Below, one piece after another: positions 63,512 through 64,000 of a stretch of DNA of 64,000 nucleotides. Numbering within the stretch: position 1 is the stretch's first letter; each line of letters starts with the position of its first letter. Under the pieces are notes generated by a model. The model did no database searches, had not been told where the DNA came from, and worked only from the letters and a program-made list of their open reading frames with translations. The position numbers and the translations under genes were made by a program. This DNA comes from Amoeboaphelidium protococcarum X5 (taxonomy: Eukaryota; Fungi; Aphelidiomycota). The stretch is from contig JALDTO010000057.1 of NCBI GenBank assembly GCA_023515725.1, positions 186,001 through 250,000 on the forward strand. Reading direction: 5' to 3'.

Positions 63512-64000
63512 ATTTCAGGTCCTTATTAAAGATGCCTGTCTATGATGATTGCCAAAAGTCGCTGTTCCATCGTAAATGTAAGTTGCTGCTTCAACTCCGA
63601 AACTTGGTCTTTCCGCAATTGTGGCCTCTCATAGTAAGTGCTGATAATTTGGGTTATTTTAGGAGTTGAACTCTAACTTTCTCCGTGATATCCGTCTAAC
63701 ATCTCGCCTTGATAACGCTTTGGTTAGTTTGCATTGCCCAGCTTTAAGGTGGACTTTTTCGGTTGCTGTTGCAGATGGCATTCGGCAATGTCGATTGATG
63801 ATGATACCTGTTACTAAAATTTAAAAAATGTAATTATTATAATTGGTTTTTTATTTACAGGCAATAATCATAACGGAATTCATTGAATATGCCAGAAAGC
63901 AAGCTTTACTTTACTCTAGGGTTCATCCTAATTTCAGTGAACGTATACGATGCTGCTCTTATCGCAGCTTGGCATTGGCCTGCAACAACTCATGACTTGT

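Noticed and set aside
63540-64000. Short frames at the window end, including a possible 3' end of a minus-strand gene
   Set aside because: Too short and featureless to support a call.

Overview
Gene-dense, intron-poor eukaryotic nuclear DNA that uses a non-standard genetic code: TAA and TAG read as Gln and TGA is the only stop (translation table 6). The supplied standard-code ORF track therefore chops nearly every gene into fragments. Fungal-like genes, mitochondrial proteins (AOX, CCP1) and short GT-AG introns (59-67 nt) point to an aphelid such as Amoeboaphelidium protococcarum, in which this code is known; the organism is inferred, not confirmed. Re-reading with TAR=Gln gives about 30 genes. 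Housekeeping genes: LARP7-like, UBP6/USP14, PHO13-like, RPN6, enoyl-CoA hydratase, RPS15A, GET2-like, AOX, a PLP aminotransferase, eEF1-gamma, CCP1, VPS27 and an RNF216-like ligase. Secreted or effector-like genes: three CAP/PR-1 paralogues, a four-member two-cysteine secreted family and repeat proteins. Mobile and accessory DNA: (i) an intact, very recent Ty1/copia element (identical 154-bp LTRs, GTATT target-site duplication) with a gag-TGA-pol junction and no tRNA-type PBS, carrying instead a 10-nt site complementary to its own LTR, a Tf1-like self-priming signature; (ii) a frameshifted Crinkler gene; (iii) a decayed Fanzor1 RuvC domain absent from the ORF track, followed by an approximately 260-bp non-coding segment with a second divergent, ORF-less copy 5 kb away (candidate omegaRNA or element end). 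All translations and alignments were done by eye; no database searches were run.
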